Shown here piece by piece: positions 1-5,418 of a stretch of 14,776 nt of DNA (positions are counted from its first letter, which is position 1; every line of letters begins with the position of its first letter). The position numbers and the translations under genes were made by a program. This DNA is from a virus. The notes beneath the pieces were generated by a model, which ran no database searches, had not been told where the DNA came from, and saw only the letters and a list, made by a program, of their open reading frames with translations. The stretch is taken from UHGV virus genome UHGV-0099190; one strand, given 5' to 3'.

Positions 1-76
1 CTTCACGGGCGATCTGCTGGTAGTGACGCGCCCAGCTCTGAGCCTCAAGACGATCATGAATGTAATAAGCGTTCAT
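1..76 (-). CDS. gam: Gam (RecBCD inhibitor), short-form N-terminus; partial, continues beyond left edge
   Basis: Minus-strand ATG at 76 preceded by AGGAG; translation [25 protein letters not shown] matches the GamS start of lambda Gam as I recall it; ORF runs off the window edge. Confidence 0.85.
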   Translation of the reverse strand, partial: MNAYYIHDRLEAQSWARHYQQIARE

Positions 77-151
77 GGCTGAACTCCTGAAAATGGCTGT
101 GAAAAAATCGCCCGCGGAATGCCAGGCTGATTCGGAAAACAGGAAAGGGGA

Positions 152-295
152 TTAGTGAATGCTTTTGCTTGATCTCAGTTTCAGTATTAATATCCATTTT
201 TTATAAGCGTCGACGGCCTCACGAAACATCTTTTCATCGCCAATAAAAGTGGCGATAGTGAATTTAGTCTGGATAACCATAAGTGTTTGATCCAT
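152..295 (-). CDS. kil: Kil (host cell-division inhibitor, 47 aa)
   Basis: 47-aa product [47 protein letters not shown] is near-identical to lambda Kil as I recall it; the six-frame ORF 152-421 is this frame extended upstream; overlaps cIII by 32 nt as in lambda. Confidence 0.85.
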   Translation of the reverse strand: MDQTLMVIQTKFTIATFIGDEKMFREAVDAYKKWILILKLRSSKSIH

Positions 296-428
296 TTTTT
301 GGGACTCCTGGCTGATTAAGTATGTCGATAAGGCGTTTCCATCCGTCACGTAATTTACGGGTGATTCGTTCAAGTAAAGATTCGGAAGGGCAGCCAGCAA
401 CAGGCCACCCTGCAATGGCATATTGCAT
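264..428 (-). CDS. cIII: cIII (FtsH/HflB protease inhibitor, 54 aa)
   Basis: Hand translation from ATG 428 gives [54 protein letters not shown] with stop at 264-266; AAGGAG RBS 6 nt upstream; matches lambda cIII length and sequence from memory. Missed by the ORF track (under 60 aa). Confidence 0.85.
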   Translation of the reverse strand: MQYAIAGWPVAGCPSESLLERITRKLRDGWKRLIDILNQPGVPKNGSNTYGYPD

Positions 429-457
429 GGTGTGCTCCTTATTTATACATAACGAAA

Positions 458-480
458 AACGCCTCGAGTGAAGCGTTATT
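458..480 (-). terminator. Weak hairpin plus U-run between cIII and ea10 (possible tL2-type terminator)
   Basis: 5-bp stem AACGC/GCGTT (458-462 / 473-477) with 10-nt loop, followed on the minus-strand transcript by UUUUUCGUU. Stem is short, so confidence is low. Confidence 0.25.
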
Positions 481-500
481 GGTATGCGGTAACGCTGCGC

Positions 501-869
501 TCAGGCGGCTTTGATAGTCATATCATCTGAATCAAATATTCCTGATGTATCGATATCGGTAATTCTTATTCCTTCGCTACCATCCATTGGAGGCCATCCT
601 TCCTGACCATTTCCATCATTCCAGTCGAACTCACACACAACACCATATGCATTTAAGTCTTTCGAAATTGCTATAAGCAGAGCATGTTGCGCCAGCATGA
701 TTAATACAGCATTTAATAAAGAGCCGTGTTTATTTAGTCGGTATTCAGAGTCTGACCAGAAATTATTAATCTGGTGAAGTTTTTCCTCTTTCATTACGTC
801 ATGGTCGATTTCAATTTCTATTGATGCTTTCCAGTCGTAATCAATGATGTATTTTTTGATGTTTGACAT
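501..869 (-). CDS. ea10: Ea10-like early protein (122 aa)
   Basis: 122-aa ORF with GAGGA RBS; same size and position (between cIII and ral) as lambda ea10; sequence agrees with my recollection of Ea10. Confidence 0.7.
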   Translation of the reverse strand: MSNIKKYIIDYDWKASIEIEIDHDVMKEEKLHQINNFWSDSEYRLNKHGSLLNAVLIMLAQHALLIAISKDLNAYGVVCEFDWNDGNGQEGWPPMDGSEGIRITDIDTSGIFDSDDMTIKAA

Positions 870-897
870 CTATTCATATCCTCATAGATAAAAAATC

Positions 898-915
898 GCC
901 CTCACACTGGAGGGC
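898..915 (-). terminator. Intrinsic terminator hairpin upstream of ea10 on the pL transcript
   Basis: 6-bp stem GCCCTC/GAGGGC with 6-nt loop; on the minus strand it is followed by GAUUUUUUAUCU. Confidence 0.4.
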
Positions 916-1042
916 AAAGAAGATTTCCAATAATCAGAACAAGTCGGCTCCTGTTTAGTTACGAGCGACATTGCTCCGTGTATTCACTCGTTGGAATGAA
1001 TACACAGTGCAGTGTTTATTCTGTTGTTAGTGCCAAAAATAA

Positions 1043-1060
1043 AGGCCGACTATGCGGCCT
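1043..1060 (-). terminator. Intrinsic terminator immediately downstream of the 149-aa membrane-protein gene
   Basis: Stem GGCCG/CGGCC (extendable to 6 bp) with 6-nt loop, followed on the minus strand by UUUAUUUUUGG; begins about 5 nt after the stop at 1065-1067. Confidence 0.5.
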
Positions 1061-1064
1061 GAAA

Positions 1065-1514
1065 TTACTTAACCAATGATGCTGCATATTCGATAAGGTA
1101 AAGCTTTGGAGCCAGCAAAATTTTTAACCATGTCATATTGGTTACTGCACTAATAATAAAAATCCCCCACAGAGCCAAAACTCCAACTAATGGCATGATA
1201 AGAAGATTAATATCACCTTTGCTATCCCAAACCATTGTCGGCCTGTATTTGGGATTTCCCTTCTCCCATGAATATCCTTCATCACCGATTTTACCTGTCT
1301 CAACTCTTCGGCACTGCTTCTTCATAAACCAGAAAACCAGTGGGATTGTTAGAATGGCTATTAATGTTTTAATCAGACTGTCAACCATATTCCATAGCAG
1401 CAACTGATGAACAACATCAGGAATCTGCGCCTGGCTGAATGAAACAGCCGTGTCTATTCCATTGCTGGTTTTTTGCAGTAGTTCTACGAGAATCTTGTTT
1501 GCTTGTTCTTCCAT
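1065..1514 (-). CDS. Hypothetical inner-membrane protein (149 aa, two predicted TM helices); moron-like insertion, possible superinfection-exclusion function
   Basis: ORF with AAGGGG RBS; two hydrophobic segments (LIKTLIAILTIPLVFWFM and INLLIMPLVGVLALWGIFIISAV); AT-rich relative to neighbours; own downstream terminator; sits in the ral-ea10 gap, which I recall as short and gene-free in lambda. Confidence 0.65.
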   Translation of the reverse strand: MEEQANKILVELLQKTSNGIDTAVSFSQAQIPDVVHQLLLWNMVDSLIKTLIAILTIPLVFWFMKKQCRRVETGKIGDEGYSWEKGNPKYRPTMVWDSKGDINLLIMPLVGVLALWGIFIISAVTNMTWLKILLAPKLYLIEYAASLVK

Positions 1515-1573
1515 ATATCCCCTTGATTGTAATAAGCATGAAATTATTTACGGCCAAAAAATAAAGGCCACCA

Positions 1574-1774
1574 TCAGGCAGCCTTGTTGTTCTGTTTACC
1601 AAGTTCTCTGGCAATCATTGCCGTCGTTCGTATTGCCCATTTATCGACATATTTCCTATCTTCCATTACAGGAAACATTTCTTCAGGCTTAACCATGCAT
1701 TCCGATTGCAGCTTGCATCCATTGCATCGCTTGAATTGTCCACACCATTGATTTTTATCAATAGTCGTAGTCAT
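1574..1774 (-). CDS. ral: Ral (restriction alleviation, 66 aa)
   Basis: 66-aa product MTTTIDKNQWCGQFKRCNGCKLQSECMVKPEEMFPVMEDRKYVDKWAIRTTAMIARELGKQNNKAA; same size and position as lambda ral and agrees with my recollection of its sequence; preceded by an overlapping 28-aa ORF as in lambda. Confidence 0.7.
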   Translation of the reverse strand: MTTTIDKNQWCGQFKRCNGCKLQSECMVKPEEMFPVMEDRKYVDKWAIRTTAMIARELGKQNNKAA

Positions 1775-1844
1775 ACGGATAGTCCTGGTATTGTTCCATC
1801 ACATCCTGAGGATGCTCTTCGAACTCTTCAAATTCTTCTTCCAT
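1758..1844 (-). CDS. Small acidic protein (28 aa), lambda orf28-like, overlapping the ral start
   Basis: Hand translation: MEEEFEEFEEHPQDVMEQYQDYPYDYDY; strong RBS GAGGTGA 3 nt upstream of ATG 1844; TGA stop at 1758-1760 lies 17 nt inside ral. Absent from the ORF track because it is under 60 aa. Confidence 0.5.
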   Translation of the reverse strand: MEEEFEEFEEHPQDVMEQYQDYPYDYDY

Positions 1845-1902
1845 ATATCACCTCAAATAAGTGGTTTGCTGCCTAATTTTATTTTCTGGCGACCAACACA
1901 AG

Positions 1903-2175
1903 TCACCTTGCTGTCAGTTGTTTTGATTTCCTGTAGCCTGCCGCGTAAAGAGCTACATTTGGAAGACAAGTTGAGCCTTCATATTTTCTGGTCAACGTTG
2001 TCAGTGTTATTACTTCTGCTCTCATTGCTGGTTTGCGCTTGCATTGCAAGACCACTCGAGAGGGGGTTGGTCTGTGTAGCTTGTCGGAGCTAATCGCCTC
2101 CTGACTTTGCAGGTTTGCGCGACGAACTCTACGACGAGAAGCTGAGGTGCCTTTAAATTCTGTTTTTCTGGACAT
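1903..2175 (-). CDS. N: N-like transcription antitermination protein (90 aa), P22 gp24-type
   Basis: Start ATG 2175 with GGGAGG RBS; N-terminal arginine-rich motif GTSASRRRVRRAN; C-terminus LPNVALYAAGYRKSKQLTAR closely resembles the P22 gene 24 C-terminus (LPGVALYAAGHRKSKQITAR) from memory; nutL lies upstream. The 118-aa track ORF (start 2259) has no RBS. Confidence 0.75.
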   Translation of the reverse strand: MSRKTEFKGTSASRRRVRRANLQSQEAISSDKLHRPTPSRVVLQCKRKPAMRAEVITLTTLTRKYEGSTCLPNVALYAAGYRKSKQLTAR

Positions 2176-2273
2176 AGATTCCTCCCGAATAAACTTTGGT
2201 GATGCAATCTCGAAGCTCCTCCTGAGACGGTTGCTTCGGCATTGCATCCCACAGCTCATGTGGTTGGGTGATC

Positions 2274-2320
2274 TGGCTTTTCAGCCACGTAGTCGAGAGT
2301 TCGACGTTGTTTAAAGAGCC
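2274..2320 (-). promoter_or_regulatory. nutL candidate: boxA (2311-2320, GGCTCTTTAA on the transcript), spacer hairpin (2292-2305), boxB hairpin (2274-2287, UGGCU-GAAA-AGCCA)
   Basis: boxA resembles the CGCTCTT(T)A consensus; the whole arrangement (boxA, ACAACG, small hairpin, CUACG, 5-bp stem with GAAA loop) is repeated at nutR (4959-5004). Confidence 0.5.
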
Positions 2321-2365
2321 TGCCAGTCTGTTCCTTTTGGCTTCCAGCGTCCTGCTGACGGTTAA

Positions 2366-2394
2366 ATAGTACGATATGTACTTTATTGGGTCAA
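2366..2394 (-). promoter_or_regulatory. Candidate pL promoter (-35 TTGACC at 2389-2394, 17-nt spacer, -10 TACTAT at 2366-2371)
   Basis: Read on the minus strand: TTGACC-N17-TACTAT about 45 nt upstream of nutL boxA; an inverted repeat AGTAC-N5-GTACT (2368-2382) overlaps the -10/spacer. Confidence 0.35.
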
Positions 2395-2550
2395 TACGAT
2401 TTGTTCTAAAATAGGGTGATTTTTTATAACACTTTGTATTTAATAGTGTTGTTTTTTAGCGTGGGTGTATCGCCTCGGCGATGTAAGGAGAGATCAGAAT
2501 TGCGTGGTTTAGTGAGTTGTATCTATTTATTTTTCAATAAATACATTTGG
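2395..2550. promoter_or_regulatory. oL-type operator region with several inverted repeats
   Basis: Inverted repeats AACACT-N11-AGTGTT (2428-2450), ATCGCC-TC-GGCGAT (2469-2482), TATTTATT-TTTC-AATAAATA (2524-2543); TGTAT/ATACA half-site motifs shared with the oR region. Confidence 0.3.
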
Positions 2551-2582
2551 TTATGTGTCTTTAGGTGGGGGGTGAGGCAAAG

Positions 2583-2609
2583 AAAACCCGGCGCTGAGGC
2601 CGGGTTTTT
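2583..2609. terminator. Bidirectional intrinsic terminator (tIMM-like) closing the cI/orf180/orf258 operon
   Basis: Stem CCCGGC/GCCGGG (2587-2592 / 2599-2604) with 6-nt loop, flanked by AAAA upstream and TTTTT downstream; begins directly after the TAG stop of orf258 (2610-2612). Confidence 0.6.
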
Positions 2610-3386
2610 CTAGGCTACCAGAGACTCAATCCAAGAGTCTCTGGTATGGAATGGCAACACTCGTGCGGTATCATTAAATAGTAATGATAGTTGCTGTAGC
2701 TCAGGTGTTAACCCATCGCTGTCAACTATTACAAATCTATTGTTTATGTCAGGAACGACCTGACTTAAGTCAACAATCTTCCCAACTGTTGAGTGGGCAG
2801 TATTCCATCCCTTACTGCTGGCAAGGCTTACCGTAAACCCGCGTTTTGGTGGTATTAGTCGAGACTCATTCCTTAGCGTTAACGGAACAGTAATGTTATG
2901 CCCACTAATACCTTTCACTTTTTCCTTTAAGACTAGTCGCTTCCCAAGCCCTGCTGATTTTAAGTAACTGATTACACATTTTTCGAACTTATCGTCTTTG
3001 ACCTCAGCATACCAATCAGCAGTTTGGGCGGATGCAAGAATCCCACCACGAATAACATTTGCAGTTACCTGTCCAACGGACGACTCATCTGCCCACGCAG
3101 ATATCTCTCCAGAGTCATTTAATGAAATTCCTTGCGAAGCGAGTGATGACCTGATCAGATCAATTTTCTTTTTAGTCAGGTGGATGCCGCGTGATTCAAT
3201 ATTCATCAATGTATCGCAGTAGTCTGTAACCCTATACTGACCACTCATCTCTTGAACGAATACACTTATCTGCTCACAATCATCGTAGTATGTGAATGGA
3301 CTAATAACGCGCAGCAACGTGTCGCTCATTGGGTGGCATTCAAACCCGAGCTTAGATATGACTGTTGAACACGTTACATTTCCCAT
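2610..3386 (-). CDS. Hypothetical protein (258 aa), second gene of the cI-linked cassette in the rexB position; function unknown
   Basis: ORF whose ATG (3384-3386) overlaps the end of the upstream 180-aa ORF by 13 nt; AT-rich; no TM segments; no family I can recognise. An alternative start at 3329 (MSDTLL) is possible. Confidence 0.65.
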   Translation of the reverse strand: MGNVTCSTVISKLGFECHPMSDTLLRVISPFTYYDDCEQISVFVQEMSGQYRVTDYCDTLMNIESRGIHLTKKKIDLIRSSLASQGISLNDSGEISAWADESSVGQVTANVIRGGILASAQTADWYAEVKDDKFEKCVISYLKSAGLGKRLVLKEKVKGISGHNITVPLTLRNESRLIPPKRGFTVSLASSKGWNTAHSTVGKIVDLSQVVPDINNRFVIVDSDGLTPELQQLSLLFNDTARVLPFHTRDSWIESLVA

Positions 3387-3916
3387 GATAACTGACCTGA
3401 TTTATCTTGATTAGGTAAAGGTGGGCTGCCTTCATATATGATATTAAGCGCCTCGCAAAAATAATTCCAGTAGCCAAAAAAATCATCTGGCTTGATGTTC
3501 GTTTCAAGCTTAAGTGCAATTTCTTCCCCAGCTGATTCGAAGTACATGTGATAGTGAGGACCTCGAGCCACCTCAACAAAATCTGGATGGTTCACTATAG
3601 ATTTATTACGGTGTGGCTTGTTATCCGCAGGGTACGGATCAAGCGCGTAAATGCGCCTGTCATGAAGAAACATCACAAATGAAATCTTCACTATATCCAC
3701 CCCTTCAACGATAGGAGGACGCCAGTGAAGCATAAATCTTATGCCTGTGATTGGGTTGCCAATTTCATCAAAAGCTTTGAGATCCAATTTAAACCAGATT
3801 GGGGTTCGTCCCTCACTTCCGGTCCATGTAACTCCGCTAAAAGTTACTTTTTTCAAGCGAGTAATAGCTTGGTCAACCTCTTTCTGGGTAGGCTTAAAGT
3901 CGCCTTTTTTAGCCAC
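3374..3916 (-). CDS. Hypothetical protein (180 aa), first gene of the cI-linked cassette in the rexA position; function unknown
   Basis: ORF starting at GTG 3916 (in-frame TGA 9 nt upstream; GGTGA SD-like motif 9 nt upstream), 46 nt downstream of the cI stop on the same strand; no recognisable family; no TM segments. Confidence 0.6.
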   Translation of the reverse strand: MAKKGDFKPTQKEVDQAITRLKKVTFSGVTWTGSEGRTPIWFKLDLKAFDEIGNPITGIRFMLHWRPPIVEGVDIVKISFVMFLHDRRIYALDPYPADNKPHRNKSIVNHPDFVEVARGPHYHMYFESAGEEIALKLETNIKPDDFFGYWNYFCEALNIIYEGSPPLPNQDKSGQLSWEM

Positions 3917-3962
3917 TGATTCGTATCACCATGAAAGTTATTGTTAATACCTGTGCTTCTTG

Positions 3963-4622
3963 TCACCCAAACGTCTCTTCAGGCCACTGACTAGCGATAA
4001 CTTTCCCCACAACGGAACAACTCTCATTGCATGGGATCATTGGGTATTGTGGGTTTAGTGGCTGTAGAAACACCTGACCGCTATCCCTGATCAGTTTCTT
4101 GAAGGTAAATTCATCACCACCAAGTCTGGCTATGCAGAAATCGCCGGGCTCAACAGCTTGCTCAGGGTCAACCAGAATTAACATCCCGTCAGGAAAACTG
4201 GGTTTGGAACCTGTTGGTGCGGTCATTGAGTTACCTTCAACCTCAAGCCAGAATGCAGAGTCACTGGCTTTTTTGGTTGTGCTTACCAATCTCTCCGCAT
4301 CGCCTTTGGTAAAGGTTCTGAGTTCTGGAGAGAACATCCCAGCCTGAACATGAGAAAATACAGGGTACTCATATTGTTTTTTAACTGGGGCCGATGAGTA
4401 TTCGCCAACAGGTGAAAATGTCCCGTCGTGGTTGAATGATATGTTATCAATACCAAGGTATTTAAACACCACACCAATATCACTAAGAGATGGATGACGA
4501 GATCCGCGCAACCAGTGTCCAATCCCACCCTGCGTCATACCTAGCTCTTCGGCTAACTTCTCTTGAGTTATGCCGAGCTCTTTCATTCTGGATCTAGCCA
4601 GTTCATACCATTTCATTTTCAT
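3963..4622 (-). CDS. cI: CI-type prophage repressor (219 aa): XRE-family HTH N-terminal domain plus LexA/S24-like autocleavage C-terminal domain
   Basis: Start ATG 4622 (MKMKWYEL) with AAGGA RBS; [24 protein letters not shown]; C-terminal domain from [14 protein letters not shown] to the end, including the Ala-Gly cleavage site, GNSM serine and FTFKKL lysine, matches lambda cI from memory. The track start at 4664 has no RBS. Confidence 0.85.
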   Translation of the reverse strand: MKMKWYELARSRMKELGITQEKLAEELGMTQGGIGHWLRGSRHPSLSDIGVVFKYLGIDNISFNHDGTFSPVGEYSSAPVKKQYEYPVFSHVQAGMFSPELRTFTKGDAERLVSTTKKASDSAFWLEVEGNSMTAPTGSKPSFPDGMLILVDPEQAVEPGDFCIARLGGDEFTFKKLIRDSGQVFLQPLNPQYPMIPCNESCSVVGKVIASQWPEETFG

Positions 4623-4732
4623 GTCCTTATTATTACGCTCTGTACTGGAACCATCCATGCACAATGTGTATTTTTGCTTGTATTTTGAAAATACATATTG
4701 TATTTTTTATTCGAGGTTACTATGGAGGGCAT
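4623..4732. promoter_or_regulatory. oR/pR/pRM divergent control region with a perfect 17-bp palindromic operator candidate
   Basis: Perfect palindrome TGTATTTTGAAAATACA at 4679-4695; further TGTAT half-sites at 4667 and 4699 and inverted repeat ATACA-TAT-TGTAT at 4691-4703; lies between divergent cI and cro starts. Confidence 0.5.
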
Positions 4733-4948
4733 ATGAGCAACCTACGAAAATATCGAGAGTCACTGAATATCTCTCAAACAACACTTGCTAAGGCAGTTGG
4801 ATGCACACAGGGAGCTATCGGACATTGGGAATCTGGTCGTCGCTTCCCAGACCTTAAAACATGCCGTGCTCTTGTTGCGTGCCTAAATAAGTTAGGCGCA
4901 AAAGTAAGTCTTGATGACGTGTTCCCGCCGGAACACAAAGCCGCTTAA
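4733..4948 (+). CDS. cro: Cro-type repressor (71 aa, XRE-family HTH)
   Basis: ATG 4733 with GGAGGG RBS; HTH ISQTTLAKAVGCTQGAIGHWESG shares the recognition-helix motif TQGxIGHW with the adjacent cI, as expected for proteins binding the same operators. Confidence 0.8.
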   Translation: MSNLRKYRESLNISQTTLAKAVGCTQGAIGHWESGRRFPDLKTCRALVACLNKLGAKVSLDDVFPPEHKAA

Positions 4949-4958
4949 TAAGCGGAGC

Positions 4959-5004
4959 CGCTCTTTGTAACAACGGACATTCGTCCTACGTCGCTGAAAA
5001 GCGA
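4959..5004 (+). promoter_or_regulatory. nutR candidate: boxA CGCTCTTT (4959-4966), spacer hairpin, boxB hairpin UCGCU-GAAA-AGCGA (4991-5004)
   Basis: Directly downstream of cro; same boxA / ACAACG / small hairpin / CUACG / GAAA-loop architecture as the nutL candidate. Confidence 0.5.
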
Positions 5005-5089
5005 GTTCAAAGATATCTGACCAACTAAGGCCATATGCGTTTCCACGTATACCTTTCAACTAGCTATTCACTATTGGAAATCTTAAGAA

Positions 5090-5386
5090 ATGGAACGAAC
5101 AAGTTACAGCAAACTATCACAGCGCGACGTTGATCGCGCAGAAACAGATTTACTTATCAACCTGTCAACGCTTACTCAGCGCGGTCTGGCAAAGATGATT
5201 GGCTGTCATGAATCGAAGATAAGCAGAACGGACTGGAGATTTATTGCTTCAGTCTTGTGTGCTTTCGGAATGGCATCAGACATCAGTCCGATTAGTAGGG
5301 CTTTTAAGTATGCGCTTGATGGAATCACAAAGAAAAAATCCCCGGTGGCCGCCGGGGACTCTAAGCAAATTGATATGCAATTCTGA
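5090..5386 (+). CDS. cII: CII-like transcriptional activator (98 aa)
   Basis: Same size and position as lambda cII; HTH-like segment and C-terminus ITKKKSPVAAGDSKQIDMQF resemble lambda cII (TNKKRPAATERSEQIQMEF) from memory; clearly diverged. Confidence 0.75.
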   Translation: MERTSYSKLSQRDVDRAETDLLINLSTLTQRGLAKMIGCHESKISRTDWRFIASVLCAFGMASDISPISRAFKYALDGITKKKSPVAAGDSKQIDMQF

Positions 5387-5410
5387 GGGAATTACTGGAT
5401 CAATCCACAG
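5332..5410 (-). ncRNA. oop: oop-like antisense RNA (candidate pO promoter at about 5416-5444; terminator hairpin 5340-5357 plus U-tract)
   Basis: Minus-strand TTGAGT-N16/17-CATAAT in the cII-O junction; minus-strand hairpin CCCCGG/CCGGGG followed by AUUUUUU inside the 3' end of cII; position and about 77-nt length match lambda oop. Confidence 0.35.
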
Positions 5411-5418
5411 GAGTCATT

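Noticed and set aside
152-421. 89-aa minus-strand ORF from the six-frame track
   Set aside because: It is the kil reading frame extended upstream to an earlier ATG through the cIII region. The real genes here are kil (152-295, 47 aa) and cIII (264-428, another frame), each with its own RBS and lambda-like product.
1138-1407. 89-aa plus-strand ORF
   Set aside because: Antisense to the 149-aa membrane-protein gene; no RBS; implausible composition. The minus-strand ORF has an RBS, TM helices and a terminator.
1903-2259. 118-aa version of the N ORF starting at 2259
   Set aside because: No Shine-Dalgarno sequence precedes that ATG and it would sit 15 nt from the boxB hairpin. The internal ATG at 2175 has a strong GGGAGG RBS and puts the arginine-rich motif at the N-terminus as in other N proteins.
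2416-2613. 65-aa plus-strand ORF in the oL region (also an internal TTG at 2500 preceded by AAGGAG)
   Set aside because: Lies within the operator/promoter region antisense to pL, encodes a low-complexity hydrophobic/Cys peptide and ends at the terminator. Most likely a chance ORF, though a small leader peptide cannot be excluded without expression data.
3963-4664. 233-aa version of the repressor ORF starting at 4664 (MCMDGSS...)
   Set aside because: The upstream extension runs into the operator region without an RBS. ATG 4622 has an AAGGA RBS and gives a 219-aa protein typical of cI.
4941-4955. Hairpin CCGCTT-AAT-AAGCGG straddling the cro stop codon
   Set aside because: No U-tract follows, so it is not a convincing intrinsic terminator. 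It may be incidental or contribute to mRNA 3' structure; insufficient evidence to call a feature.
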